Positions 27,627 through 37,254 of a DNA stretch of 64,000 nucleotides are shown one piece after another; position 1 is the stretch's first letter; each line of letters starts with the position of its first letter. The DNA comes from Candidatus Bathyarchaeota archaeon. Lineage in GTDB: Archaea > Thermoproteota > Bathyarchaeia > Bathyarchaeales > Bathyarchaeaceae. The DNA lies in the NCBI GenBank assembly GCA_037386325.1, contig JARRMB010000008.1:4436-68435 (forward strand), in the 5' to 3' direction. The position numbers and the translations under genes were made by a program. The notes under the pieces are model-generated. The model ran no database searches and had not been told where the DNA came from. It saw only the letters and a list, made by a program, of their open reading frames with translations.

Positions 27627-28691
27627 ATGAATGAAACGGCTATTATTTACTCAAGAAAATACTTACAACACAAAACAGGAGTATATCATCCAGAATCTCC
27701 AGCTCGCCTCAGAGTAATTCTTAGAGAACTAAACAAGAGTGGTATCTTTAACAATGAAAGCTGCAAAATTGTAAACCCTGAACCTATCAAAATAAATGAA
27801 CTAGAAAAAATTCACTCTCGAAACTACATTCAATATATTAAAAAATTTTGTCAGAAAGGAGGAGGATTTTTGGATCGTTACGATACAGAAGTTTCTCTAG
27901 AAAGTTATGATGTAGCGCTCTTAGCTGCAGGAGGAACATGGAATGCAGTAAATACGGTGATGAACGGTATGTATAAAAATTCTATAGCTTTCATTAGACC
28001 TCCAGGACATCATGCAGGATCTGATTATGCGATGGGTTTCTGTGTTTTTAATAATGTTGCAGTGGCAGCTTCTCAACTAATAGAAAAATTCAATCTTAAT
28101 CGTGTCTTAATATTAGACATCGATGCGCATCATGGAAATGGTACACAAGAAATATTCTACAAGAACAATAAAGTATTATACATCAGTCTACACGAAGATC
28201 CCATTGAGTTTCCTTTAACAGGTTTTGCGACTGAACTGGGTGAAGATGAAGGGTTAGGATTTTCTGTGAATCTTCCTTTTCCTTATGGAACAGATGATAA
28301 AACCTATTTTAGAGGCTACAACGAAATTGTTGAACCAATAATTAGGCAATTTAAACCTCAGTTCATTCTTGTCTCATTAGGTTTTGATAATCATTATAGT
28401 GACCCAATTGGAAATTTAAAGTTATCAAGTGATAGCTATCTAAAAATTTTTGATTCTTTGTTGAATTTATCATCACACTTTTGTCAAGGAAAAATGGTAG
28501 CAGTCTTGGAGGGCGGATATAATCTCAGAATCCTCGGAAAACTTGCATGTGCAATAACCGCAAAAATGGCAGGAATTCCATATAAAATGAAAGATAAACG
28601 ACAAGGTTCAATTCTAAAAATACGCAAAGAAGGACAAAAAACAATTAACAAAATAAAACAAATTCAAACACCATTCTGGAAGTTGAAATAA
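27627..28691 (+). CDS. Histone deacetylase-family enzyme (AcuC / acetylpolyamine amidohydrolase-like)
   Basis: 354 aa. RPPGHHAG, GFCVFNN and DIDAHHGNGTQ motifs. Confidence 0.9.
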   Translation: MNETAIIYSRKYLQHKTGVYHPESPARLRVILRELNKSGIFNNESCKIVNPEPIKINELEKIHSRNYIQYIKKFCQKGGGFLDRYDTEVSLESYDVALLAAGGTWNAVNTVMNGMYKNSIAFIRPPGHHAGSDYAMGFCVFNNVAVAASQLIEKFNLNRVLILDIDAHHGNGTQEIFYKNNKVLYISLHEDPIEFPLTGFATELGEDEGLGFSVNLPFPYGTDDKTYFRGYNEIVEPIIRQFKPQFILVSLGFDNHYSDPIGNLKLSSDSYLKIFDSLLNLSSHFCQGKMVAVLEGGYNLRILGKLACAITAKMAGIPYKMKDKRQGSILKIRKEGQKTINKIKQIQTPFWKLK

Positions 28692-28767
28692 AAAATATTT
28701 CTTCAATAGAAACCTACGTTTTGCTAAAATGATTGTATTTTCTCAAAACATATGAAAAACAGATTAA

Positions 28768-29298
28768 TTACGGAGCAACAGTAATGGTTGTAACATTGCT
28801 TAGACTTATTCCGTAATCATCTACAACAGTTAGAATTATAGTATAGTTTCCAGCCTCATCATAAGAATAGTTTGTAGTTATTGCTTCAACTGGATTTTCA
28901 TCACCAAAATCCCAAATATATTTGGTAATATTTCTATCTTGATCTACATTCAAAATAGCATCAAATGTTATTGCATCACCAACCGTAGGATTTTCCGGAG
29001 TTATAGTAAAAGTTGGAATTGGAGCAGCCAGAAAAGGTGTAATGAATAATACCCAACACAAAACGAATGTCAGAAAAAAAGCTCCTATACCCATTGTAAG
29101 AATTTTTGTTGGTTGTTCTACTTTGTTTGTAAACCTCCATTTAAGAAGATAATAACTAATGAGATAAACTGCTAGGGCAATTGTTATTCCATTTAAAAGC
29201 GGATTTCCAGCTTTGAGGTTCACCAACAAGGTGGCTACCAATGCAGCAAGTATTCCAAAGCCGACTCTGCTCCAGTAAATTATATTTAAAGTTTTCAA
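28768..29298 (-). CDS. Membrane protein with a C-terminal PKD domain
   Basis: Three N-terminal hydrophobic helices, followed by WDFGD...YSYDEAGNYTIILTVVDD (PKD). Confidence 0.7.
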   Translation of the reverse strand: MKTLNIIYWSRVGFGILAALVATLLVNLKAGNPLLNGITIALAVYLISYYLLKWRFTNKVEQPTKILTMGIGAFFLTFVLCWVLFITPFLAAPIPTFTITPENPTVGDAITFDAILNVDQDRNITKYIWDFGDENPVEAITTNYSYDEAGNYTIILTVVDDYGISLSNVTTITVAP

Positions 29299-29594
29299 TT
29301 TGGATCCCGTGTTTGATGAACACCATAAAGTTTCAGTTGTGCTTTATCTTACTTTCGCTTTCTATGATATATTTCAGTTTAATAACAACATTGAAACAAT
29401 AAAAGCTAGATAAAAAAATATTTTCAAATAGAAAAATTCTAGAATAAGTCAAAAAATTACTCGGATAATATTTATTCACAAATAATTTGGAAAAAAGAAT
29501 TTAGAACTAGAACAATTAAGAAGGGAAAATGTGAATTAGTTGCAGTCCATTTATTAATTTTAAATCTGTTCCCCCGGATCTTGAGGAAAAAATA

Positions 29595-31331
29595 TTGAAA
29601 GAAACTCTGACAAGTTTTGACATAGCTGCAGCTTTAACCGAAATTAATCAATCTGCAGAAGGGGCGTACATAACTAAAATTTATCAAATCGACATAAAGA
29701 CTCTACTTTTCAAACTTCGGAAACCAAATGAACCAAAATTGCAGTTATTGATCGAAGCTGGAAAAAGGCTTCACTTAACATCATACGCTCATGAGATACC
29801 AAAAAAACCATCGGCTTTTTGCATGTCACTAAGAAAATATCTTGACAATAGTATTGTTAAAACAGTTAAACAACATGAATTTGAACGAATAGTAACTTTA
29901 CAATTAGGAACGCGACAAGGTGACTTTAGACTTATTTCAGAGCTTTTCGGTGGGGGAAATATCATTCTAGTTAACCCTGAAGGAATGATTCTGCAAGCGA
30001 TGACTTACAAAAGAATGCGTGATAGAAATATAATACGTAACGAATTATTTCAACAGCCTCCATCTATAGGAAAAAATCCAATTAACCTAAAACTTCAGGA
30101 TTTTCTGAAAATTAAAAACCTTGGAGAAATAGAGATTGTTAGAGCTTTAATTAAATTCTTAAGTATTAGTGGAACATACGCTGAAGAAATTCTTCTCCGG
30201 TCTAATATAAACAAGAAATTAAGTTGTAAAGAAATCACTGAAATGGATCTTAAAAAAATCTTTAATCAATTAGAGAGTCTTTTAAAAAGTATTGAGAATA
30301 GAAACCTAGAACCCTGTATAGTAAATGATGAAAACAATATTTGGATTGATGTGACTCCATTACCTCTAAAAAAATACGAAAATTTTACTCAGGAAAGTTA
30401 TAAGAGTTTCAACAGAGCACTCGACGATTATTTCGCGAAGATAACAAATGCTGAGATGGTGGAAGAAAGCAGTGAAGGAATGCAAAGTGAAGTTGCCAGG
30501 CAAAAAAGAATTTTAAAACGACAAATGATAGCTTTAGAGACCCTGAATGAACCAATTATTAAAAACAAAAAAATTGGAGACACAATTTATCTTCATTTTG
30601 GAGATTTACAATCACTTTTGCAAAAAATATTACAAGAAAAAAAGGAAGGAAAACCATGTATAGCAATAGAAACGCAATTACCAATGACCAAAAAACGAAA
30701 AAAAGATTGGTTTGAAAAATATAGATGGTTCTATTCTTCTGATAACTTTTTAATAATCGGAGGAAGGGACGCCACAACAAATGAGTTACTCATCAAAAAA
30801 CGAATGGACATCAAGGATATTGTCTTCCATGCTGAAATTGTAGGAGCTCCATTTGTTTTAATTAAAACAGAAGGAAATAGCCCACCTGAACAAACAATTA
30901 AAGAGGCAGCTCAGTTGGCAGCATCTTATTCGCGAGCTTGGAAAGAATCAGTCAGTGCAATAAATGTATATTGGATATATCCTAATCAAGTAACTAAAAC
31001 TCCTCCTTCTGGACAATCTCTTCAGAAAGGGTCCTTCATGATTCGGGGAACAAAAAATTTTGTTCGCGGAGTATCTCTAATAGTAGCAATTGGAGTAAAG
31101 GTGCAAGATGAACAAGTCATGATTATTGGTGGACCACCAACAGCTATTGCCCATCAGACAGGCGCTTTCGTTGAGGTTGTACAGGGAAGCCAAAAAAGCG
31201 GTAAACTAGCAAAACAAATAAGGCATCTATTATCAAAAAAGGTACCAGAAGATCTAAAGAGAAAGGTTACAGCTATTCCATTGGATGAAATACAAAGATT
31301 CATTCCATTGGGTAGAGGTAAAATAAAATAG
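29595..31331 (+). CDS. NFACT-family (Rqc2/RqcH, FbpA-like) ribosome quality control protein
   Basis: NFACT-N start (LTSFDIAA...KIYQ...), a central coiled coil, and NFACT-R/DUF814 (WFEKYRWFYSSDNFLIIGGRDATTNELL). TTG start. At 578 aa it may be shorter than usual in the coiled-coil region. Confidence 0.8.
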   Translation: MKETLTSFDIAAALTEINQSAEGAYITKIYQIDIKTLLFKLRKPNEPKLQLLIEAGKRLHLTSYAHEIPKKPSAFCMSLRKYLDNSIVKTVKQHEFERIVTLQLGTRQGDFRLISELFGGGNIILVNPEGMILQAMTYKRMRDRNIIRNELFQQPPSIGKNPINLKLQDFLKIKNLGEIEIVRALIKFLSISGTYAEEILLRSNINKKLSCKEITEMDLKKIFNQLESLLKSIENRNLEPCIVNDENNIWIDVTPLPLKKYENFTQESYKSFNRALDDYFAKITNAEMVEESSEGMQSEVARQKRILKRQMIALETLNEPIIKNKKIGDTIYLHFGDLQSLLQKILQEKKEGKPCIAIETQLPMTKKRKKDWFEKYRWFYSSDNFLIIGGRDATTNELLIKKRMDIKDIVFHAEIVGAPFVLIKTEGNSPPEQTIKEAAQLAASYSRAWKESVSAINVYWIYPNQVTKTPPSGQSLQKGSFMIRGTKNFVRGVSLIVAIGVKVQDEQVMIIGGPPTAIAHQTGAFVEVVQGSQKSGKLAKQIRHLLSKKVPEDLKRKVTAIPLDEIQRFIPLGRGKIK

Positions 31332-31392
31332 AATCTACTAGTTATTAAAAAAGTCAATTATTTAAAATAAAAAATAAAAGAAAAAGTAGATT

Positions 31393-31680
31393 TTATTTTT
31401 TAGTTTTTTTGGTGTAGCAATCCCAACATAATATTTCGCAGTTTTCTTGTGTAGGTTTTCCACCTTTTTCTGGACTAACAATCCAATGTGCTTCCCAACC
31501 TTTTTCACCATCTGGTGCCATGAAAGATTGTCCTCTTTTATTCCAATCAAGAACTCTCATGCACATAGAATTGTATTTATGTCCGTGTTCCACGATTAGG
31601 CATTCACATCTACCATCTGAAGCGCCAAAGGCTTTCTTTACTACTTCCTCTGGAAATTCAACCATTTCCTGATCCTCCAA
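31393..31680 (-). CDS. Small HNH-like zinc-finger protein with degenerate catalytic residues
   Basis: GRCEC...H.H...GWEAHWIVSPEKGG...NCEILCWDCY. The layout is that of small HNH nucleases, but HH is HW and the terminal C..CH is C..CY. Confidence 0.5.
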   Translation of the reverse strand: MEDQEMVEFPEEVVKKAFGASDGRCECLIVEHGHKYNSMCMRVLDWNKRGQSFMAPDGEKGWEAHWIVSPEKGGKPTQENCEILCWDCYTKKTKK

Positions 31681-31819
31681 TAAGTTTACAGCTTTTATCC
31701 AAATATCCTCTTTTAAACCTTATTGTGAAAAATATAAAAAATACAAAAACAAACAGAATTTAATATATTTTTAAAACTGGAATTAGAGTTGAAGAAAACT
31801 TTGTTTTTGAACAATTTTG

Positions 31820-33355
31820 TTAAAAACCATAAATCATTGAATATTTTTTATTGAGATAATTTAAGTAAGGTTCCACAGAGAGTTCTTTTCCTGTAATTAA
31901 TTCAATTAATTCAGGTGGATCATACAGATTTCCGTGACTATGAACATTATTTATCAACCATTGTTTAATATTTCCGAAATTCCCATTCATAATTTGAGTT
32001 CTCCAGTCTTGAATTTCAGTTTCCATATGCCCCAGAAGTTGTCCACTATAAATATTTCCCAATGCGTAACTTGGAAAATATCCATATGATCCACTTGCCC
32101 AATGAGTATCTTGCATTACCCCCTCAGAATCATTTTTAATTTGAACTCCTAAATATTTCATATAATATTCATTCCAAATCTGCGGAAGTTCATCAACTGA
32201 TATTTTTTCTAAGAAAAGATCTCGTTCAATATTGAATCTAATTATAATATGAAGACCATATGTGACTTCATCTGCCTCAATTCTAATCTTTGATGGCTTA
32301 ACATAATTGATAGCATAAACAAAATCATCTAAAGATATTTTAGAAAAAGTTTGACCAGTAAGGTTCTTAAATTTTGGAAAGAAATAATTCCAAAATTCCT
32401 TAGATCGACCAACAATGTTCTCCACAAAACGAGATTGAGATTCATGGAACCCCATTGAACAGGGATTTCCAATTGGTTGAAAAATCCAGTTTGACTTCAA
32501 ATTCTGCTCATAAATAGCATGACCACCCTCATGTAAGATAGAAAATACTGATGAAGCAAACTTATTTGGGTAAAAATGTGTTGTAATACGTACATCATCA
32601 TAATATCCAGTTGTAAATGGGTGTTCTGTTTCATCAATTCTACCTCCAGAATTACTTGTTTTTATATCATAGCCAATAAATTCTGCAAGTAACTCACCAA
32701 TTTTTTTCTGAATATCTATAGGTACTAAGCGTTCAAGAATTTTTGTTTCTGATTTTATGGATGTTGATTCACATTTTTTGATAAGGGAAACTAATCCGTT
32801 TTGGAGTTTGTTAAATATATTATTGATTCGTTCAGTAGTCATTTTTGGTTCGAAAATATCTAGGCATGCATCGTATGGTGTAGCTGTTTCTTTGACCTCC
32901 ATTAATATTTTAGCTGCTTGCTTCTTCAATTCAATAAGTTTTTCAAGTTCAGGTTTAAATTTTGGGAAATTTTTACTTGCTTTAGCTTTTTTCCAAATAT
33001 CAGTCGTTAAAGCTTCTTGTTTTGAGATTTCTACCACAAGATCTTCTGGAAGCTTTGTTTGCTCATCATAATTTTTTTGGATAAGAGACAAATTTCGTTT
33101 ATGAATAAGATCCAGATGATCATAATCGGGATGGGTTTTTGTCTTTTCAATTAAATGTTGAATCTCTGGATCTGTACTCATCCGGTGAGTGATTCGTCTA
33201 AGCATAGCCAATTGTAAACTCCGTATTTTAATTCCTTTAGGAGGCATCTTTGTTTCCATATCCCACCTAAGTATAGCAGCTGCTGTATGAAGAGAAATTA
33301 GATTTTTTGTTTTTTCTAGAAGTTTTTGATAACTCGGAATTGAAGATTCAATCAT
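31820..33355 (-). CDS. M32 carboxypeptidase (Taq type)
   Basis: 511 aa. HEGGHAIYE zinc site and M32-like length and layout. Confidence 0.9.
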   Translation of the reverse strand: MIESSIPSYQKLLEKTKNLISLHTAAAILRWDMETKMPPKGIKIRSLQLAMLRRITHRMSTDPEIQHLIEKTKTHPDYDHLDLIHKRNLSLIQKNYDEQTKLPEDLVVEISKQEALTTDIWKKAKASKNFPKFKPELEKLIELKKQAAKILMEVKETATPYDACLDIFEPKMTTERINNIFNKLQNGLVSLIKKCESTSIKSETKILERLVPIDIQKKIGELLAEFIGYDIKTSNSGGRIDETEHPFTTGYYDDVRITTHFYPNKFASSVFSILHEGGHAIYEQNLKSNWIFQPIGNPCSMGFHESQSRFVENIVGRSKEFWNYFFPKFKNLTGQTFSKISLDDFVYAINYVKPSKIRIEADEVTYGLHIIIRFNIERDLFLEKISVDELPQIWNEYYMKYLGVQIKNDSEGVMQDTHWASGSYGYFPSYALGNIYSGQLLGHMETEIQDWRTQIMNGNFGNIKQWLINNVHSHGNLYDPPELIELITGKELSVEPYLNYLNKKYSMIYGF

Positions 33356-33375
33356 TTTAAAACCATCTTTATTAT

Positions 33376-33888
33376 TTGACCCTCATTTCTACTATCCTAT
33401 TGGCATTGAATTACCTTTTAATATCTCTTCTTAAACTAAAAAAGCTGCAAACATTGAAGGTAACTGTTTTGAAAAAATGGAAAAAAATTGGAACACAACT
33501 TCTTTACAAGTCAAAGTTTGTATCAGTATTTAATGACAAGGTAATATTACCAAATAAACTGAAAATAGATTACACTAGAATTGAATTACAAGATTTTGTA
33601 TCTGTTATCTCAACTATTGAAGATAAAATTGTAATGATTGAAATTCTTAGATATCCTCAAAATTCTGTAAGTCTTGAGATTCCTAGTGGGCACGTTGAAG
33701 ATAACGAATCCACTGAAGAAGCTGCAGTTCGGGAATTGGAAGAGGAGTCAGGCTATAAAGCAGAAAAGATAACGAAAATAGGATATTTTTATCCATTATC
33801 GAGAAGCACACAACGTGCACATCCCTCCTACGATTATTGCACTCCAAAACTTTCTACTGAAAAGATTATTAGAAAAGTATTAATCTAA
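33376..33888 (+). CDS. NUDIX hydrolase (ADP-ribose pyrophosphatase-like), C-terminus looks truncated
   Basis: Nudix box GHVEDNESTEEAAVRELEEESGY. The likely start is the TTG at 33469 (LKKWKK...). The sequence after ...FYPLSRSTQR loses family resemblance and ends early. Confidence 0.7.
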   Translation: MTLISTILLALNYLLISLLKLKKLQTLKVTVLKKWKKIGTQLLYKSKFVSVFNDKVILPNKLKIDYTRIELQDFVSVISTIEDKIVMIEILRYPQNSVSLEIPSGHVEDNESTEEAAVRELEEESGYKAEKITKIGYFYPLSRSTQRAHPSYDYCTPKLSTEKIIRKVLI

Positions 33889-34070
33889 AAATGGATGGAT
33901 TGAAAATCAAATAAATAACGTAATAAGAGTATATTCAATTAAAATTTGTTAAGAAATATGATTAGTAGGAATTATTTTCAATAAATTAAGAAATAATTGT
34001 TGGAGGACTTGACATCAAAAGGCAATATTTATCGAAGGAAGACGTAGAGCATGTAGCTTTATTAGCTCAT

Positions 34071-34358
34071 ATGCAAATTTCTGAAAAAGAAAAAATTGTT
34101 TTTACAGATCAATTTAACGACATTCTCGAATACTTCAAAAAAATTGATTCAATAGATACAAAGGGTGTTAGTCCAACATATCATGTTTTGGAAATTAATA
34201 ATGTATCCAGGAATGATACTCCCAATATTTCATTAACTACCGAAGAAGCTTTACAAAACGCACCCAAAAAAGAAAAGAGAAAGAAGCTCTCAAAAAAGCA
34301 AAGAATATCGACAAAAAAATCGCTGAAGGAAAAAAAGTTGGAAAATTGGCTGGAATAG
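34071..34358 (+). CDS. gatC: Glu/Asp-tRNA amidotransferase subunit C (start and 3' end anomalous)
   Basis: Homology (LSKEDVEHVALLAHMQISEKEK...DTKGVSPTYHVL...EEALQNAPKKE) begins upstream at ~34029, with no canonical start codon between the stop at 33987 and 34071. After NAPKKE the frame becomes a Lys-rich out-of-frame reading of gatA. Confidence 0.75.
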   Translation: MQISEKEKIVFTDQFNDILEYFKKIDSIDTKGVSPTYHVLEINNVSRNDTPNISLTTEEALQNAPKKEKRKKLSKKQRISTKKSLKEKKLENWLE

Positions 34359-35599
34359 CGATTGCTGTAAAAGATGCTATTTGTACAAAAGGGATATTGA
34401 CAACCTGTTCTTCACGAATGCTTGAAAATTTTGTTCCCCCATATAATGCAGAAGTTATTGAACGTATCATCCAAGAAGATGGAATAATAATCGGCAAGAC
34501 AAACATGGATGAATTCGCAATGGGTTCATCAACAGAGACTAGTTATTTTGGTCCAACTCGCAATCCATGGGATTACTCGGCAGTTCCAGGCGGTTCTTCA
34601 GGTGGAAGTGCAGCATGCATCTCTACTGATGAAGCGATTCTTTCATTAGGAACTGACACTGGTGGATCAATTCGTTGTCCAGCAAGTTATTGTTCGGTTG
34701 TTGGTTTGAAACCAACCTATGGTTTGGTAAGTCGCTATGGACTAATAGCATATGCCAACAGCCTTGAACAGATTGGCCCTATAACCAAAAATGTTTATGA
34801 TTGTGCATTATTCCTATCAGTTATTGCAGGTCATGATCCCAAAGATAGCTCATCAGTTAAAGAATTACCCAAAGATTACACTAAATTCTTGAACAATAAT
34901 ATTGATGACCTTAAAATTGGTGTCCCAAAAGAATTTTTTGGAGAAGGAACAGACAAATCTGTAGAAAAACAGGTTTGGAAAGCAATTTATAAACTTGAAG
35001 AATTGGGAGCAAAATATGAAATTATTACACTTCCAACTCTTGAACAATCCCTTGCTACGTACTACATTATTGCAATGTCTGAAGCAAGTTCAAATCTGGC
35101 AAGATTTGATGGAATAAGATATGGTTATCGGATTGACAAAGATGATTCAGATTGGGCAACAGTATACGCAAAAGATAGAAGAGAGGGATTCGGTGCTGAG
35201 GTGAGACGTCGAATAATACTTGGAACATATGCTCTGTCTGCGGGTTATTATGATAAATATTATTTGAAAGCTCTTAGAGTTCGAACCCTCATTAGAAAAG
35301 ACTTTCAAAAAGTGTTTAAGAAATTTGATGTTATAATTGGTCCAACTATGCCGTTTCCTCCATTTAAAATTGGAGAAAAAATAGAAGATCCATTAGCTCT
35401 TTACAAGAGTGATGTGGATACAGTATCAGCGAATTTAGCAGGTGTTCCAGCGATATCAATCCCTTGTGGATTCACGAATAATCTTCCAATTGGATTACAA
35501 ATTATGGCACCATTACTCAGAGAAGATTTGTTATTACAGGTTGCATACACATATGAACAGAACACTGATTATAAAAATCAAAAACCTTCAATAGAGTGA
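34346..35599 (+). CDS. gatA: Glu/Asp-tRNA amidotransferase subunit A (N-terminally short)
   Basis: The amidase signature begins at once (LAGIAIAVKDAI...NMDEFAMGSSTE...GGSSGGSAA...GTDTGGSIR). About 33 further GatA-like codons (EKEALKKAKNIDKKIAEGKKVGK) lie upstream in frame without any start codon. Confidence 0.9.
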   Translation: MAGIAIAVKDAICTKGILTTCSSRMLENFVPPYNAEVIERIIQEDGIIIGKTNMDEFAMGSSTETSYFGPTRNPWDYSAVPGGSSGGSAACISTDEAILSLGTDTGGSIRCPASYCSVVGLKPTYGLVSRYGLIAYANSLEQIGPITKNVYDCALFLSVIAGHDPKDSSSVKELPKDYTKFLNNNIDDLKIGVPKEFFGEGTDKSVEKQVWKAIYKLEELGAKYEIITLPTLEQSLATYYIIAMSEASSNLARFDGIRYGYRIDKDDSDWATVYAKDRREGFGAEVRRRIILGTYALSAGYYDKYYLKALRVRTLIRKDFQKVFKKFDVIIGPTMPFPPFKIGEKIEDPLALYKSDVDTVSANLAGVPAISIPCGFTNNLPIGLQIMAPLLREDLLLQVAYTYEQNTDYKNQKPSIE

Positions 35600-35652
35600 A
35601 GTATTACGAATGATCTAGATCTTTACAAATAAACAAATCTTATGGTGGATCT

Positions 35653-36318
35653 ATGAACAAGCCTTATTTCCGTGAAATATTTGACCCCCAACTAGAAAAT
35701 CCAATTCTTATTGAAGGACTCACAGGTTTAGGAAATATAGGTTTGATTGCAGCAAGAAATTTAATAGAATTAACGGAAGCTAAAGTTTTTGCTGAATTAT
35801 ATGCACCTTATTTTCCAGATTATGTAATTGTAAAAAAGGATGGAACATGTCATCCTCCACGTTACCAATTTTATTCAGCTAAAACAAAGAATAATCATTA
35901 TATTATCTTGACAGGAATTTCTCAACCATCTATGGAAGACAGCTTAGCACACTATGACATATGTGATGAAATCTTAGACTTTGGAGAAAAATATGGAAGC
36001 AAATTCGTAGTCACAATCGGTGGAGTATCTACATCTAAACCAGCAAATGAAATCTATATTGCCGCTACCTCTGATGAATTAGCACAAAAATATGTAGACA
36101 AAGGAGTAAAAATTTACAGCGAAGGAAGAATTATTGGATCATCAGGTTTGTTGTTAGGACTAGCAAAAAGACGCGGTTGGAAGGGCATATGTCTGTTAGG
36201 AGCAGCAGCAGGTTTCGGAACAGAAAGACCAATTGCGCTTTCCCTCTTCAAAATTTTGGCAAACATTCTCGAAGAGAAGGAATTTCAAGAAAAAGATAAA
36301 AATTCTATTGATAAATAA
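35653..36318 (+). CDS. PAC2-family proteasome assembly chaperone (COG1938)
   Basis: 221 aa. PILIEGLTGLGNIGLIAA... start and overall PAC2 layout. Confidence 0.7.
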   Translation: MNKPYFREIFDPQLENPILIEGLTGLGNIGLIAARNLIELTEAKVFAELYAPYFPDYVIVKKDGTCHPPRYQFYSAKTKNNHYIILTGISQPSMEDSLAHYDICDEILDFGEKYGSKFVVTIGGVSTSKPANEIYIAATSDELAQKYVDKGVKIYSEGRIIGSSGLLLGLAKRRGWKGICLLGAAAGFGTERPIALSLFKILANILEEKEFQEKDKNSIDK

Positions 36319-36432
36319 AACAATTCCAATAAGTTATTAGTTTTAGAGCAAATACACTTAACGAAAAAACAAAGATTGAAAGAGAAAATCTCTTTCGCAG
36401 ATCGATATCTCATTTATTTAGAGAAAATGAAT

Positions 36433-36753
36433 TTATAACAGCATTGCTGGGATTTTGTTTGAATCTGTTAGTTGTAAAGCAATATTGACTTCATTAAAGT
36501 ATCTGATTACAGTTTTTCCTTTTTCAGTAATAGCATATCTAAGTTTTATTTTGTTTCTTTTCTTGTGTTTAATCTGTTCTTCTATTAGGTTTTGATTGAG
36601 AAGGAAATCCAAGTTTTGCTTTAGGACACTGCAGTTTACATTAGCTTTGTACATAATATGTGTCAGTTTTATAGGACCATTCTGGGCTATTACCTTTAGA
36701 ATGTCTATATACATCTCCATTTTTGATCTTCGCATAGATTTGACCTCTAACAT
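36433..36753 (-). CDS. Winged-helix DNA-binding protein (COG3432-like)
   Basis: RSKMEMYIDILKVIAQNGPIKLTHIMYKANVNCSVLKQNLDFLLNQNLIEE. Same family as 60781-61182. Confidence 0.6.
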   Translation of the reverse strand: MLEVKSMRRSKMEMYIDILKVIAQNGPIKLTHIMYKANVNCSVLKQNLDFLLNQNLIEEQIKHKKRNKIKLRYAITEKGKTVIRYFNEVNIALQLTDSNKIPAMLL

Positions 36754-37254
36754 ATGTTTTGTGCACGTTAAGGATCGATGATTTCATTTTTTAATACCAA
36801 AAAAATCATCCCACACCTTCACGTGAGTAGACAGCTTATTACTACAATTTCACCTAAAAACCTTGTTAAGTATCTTAGATATATCCTAATAATATAATTA
36901 ACAATAATTTTTGATTTTTTACGAAATATTCAAATCTTATATCTGCAAAAATTATCCGCAATAATTATAAATATTTACAAAAAAATGTCAAAAAATAATT
37001 TTTCTAAATTGTTAAATAGATATTAGAAATATTGAGATTCAATTTGAATTGATCAATTAAATAAGATTAACTCTCATTATTTCTATAAACTAAGTATCAA
37101 ACTAAAATATTTGGAGAAGAATTTTTGACATAAAATCAGATGTTAAAAAATATTGAAGGTGTAGTCGAAAAATTATATTGAGATGCCAAGTTAATTCTTG
37201 GTATCTGTACAAATGCTTTATTATTATCTAATGTTGTGTCATGAGTGAATTCAT

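Noticed and set aside
35270-35295. The T-loop-like GTTCGAACC string (also GTTCGAACT at about 18296) as a possible tRNA.
   Set aside because: Both lie inside well-supported coding sequence (gatA, rps17e). No acceptor or anticodon stems can be drawn around them.
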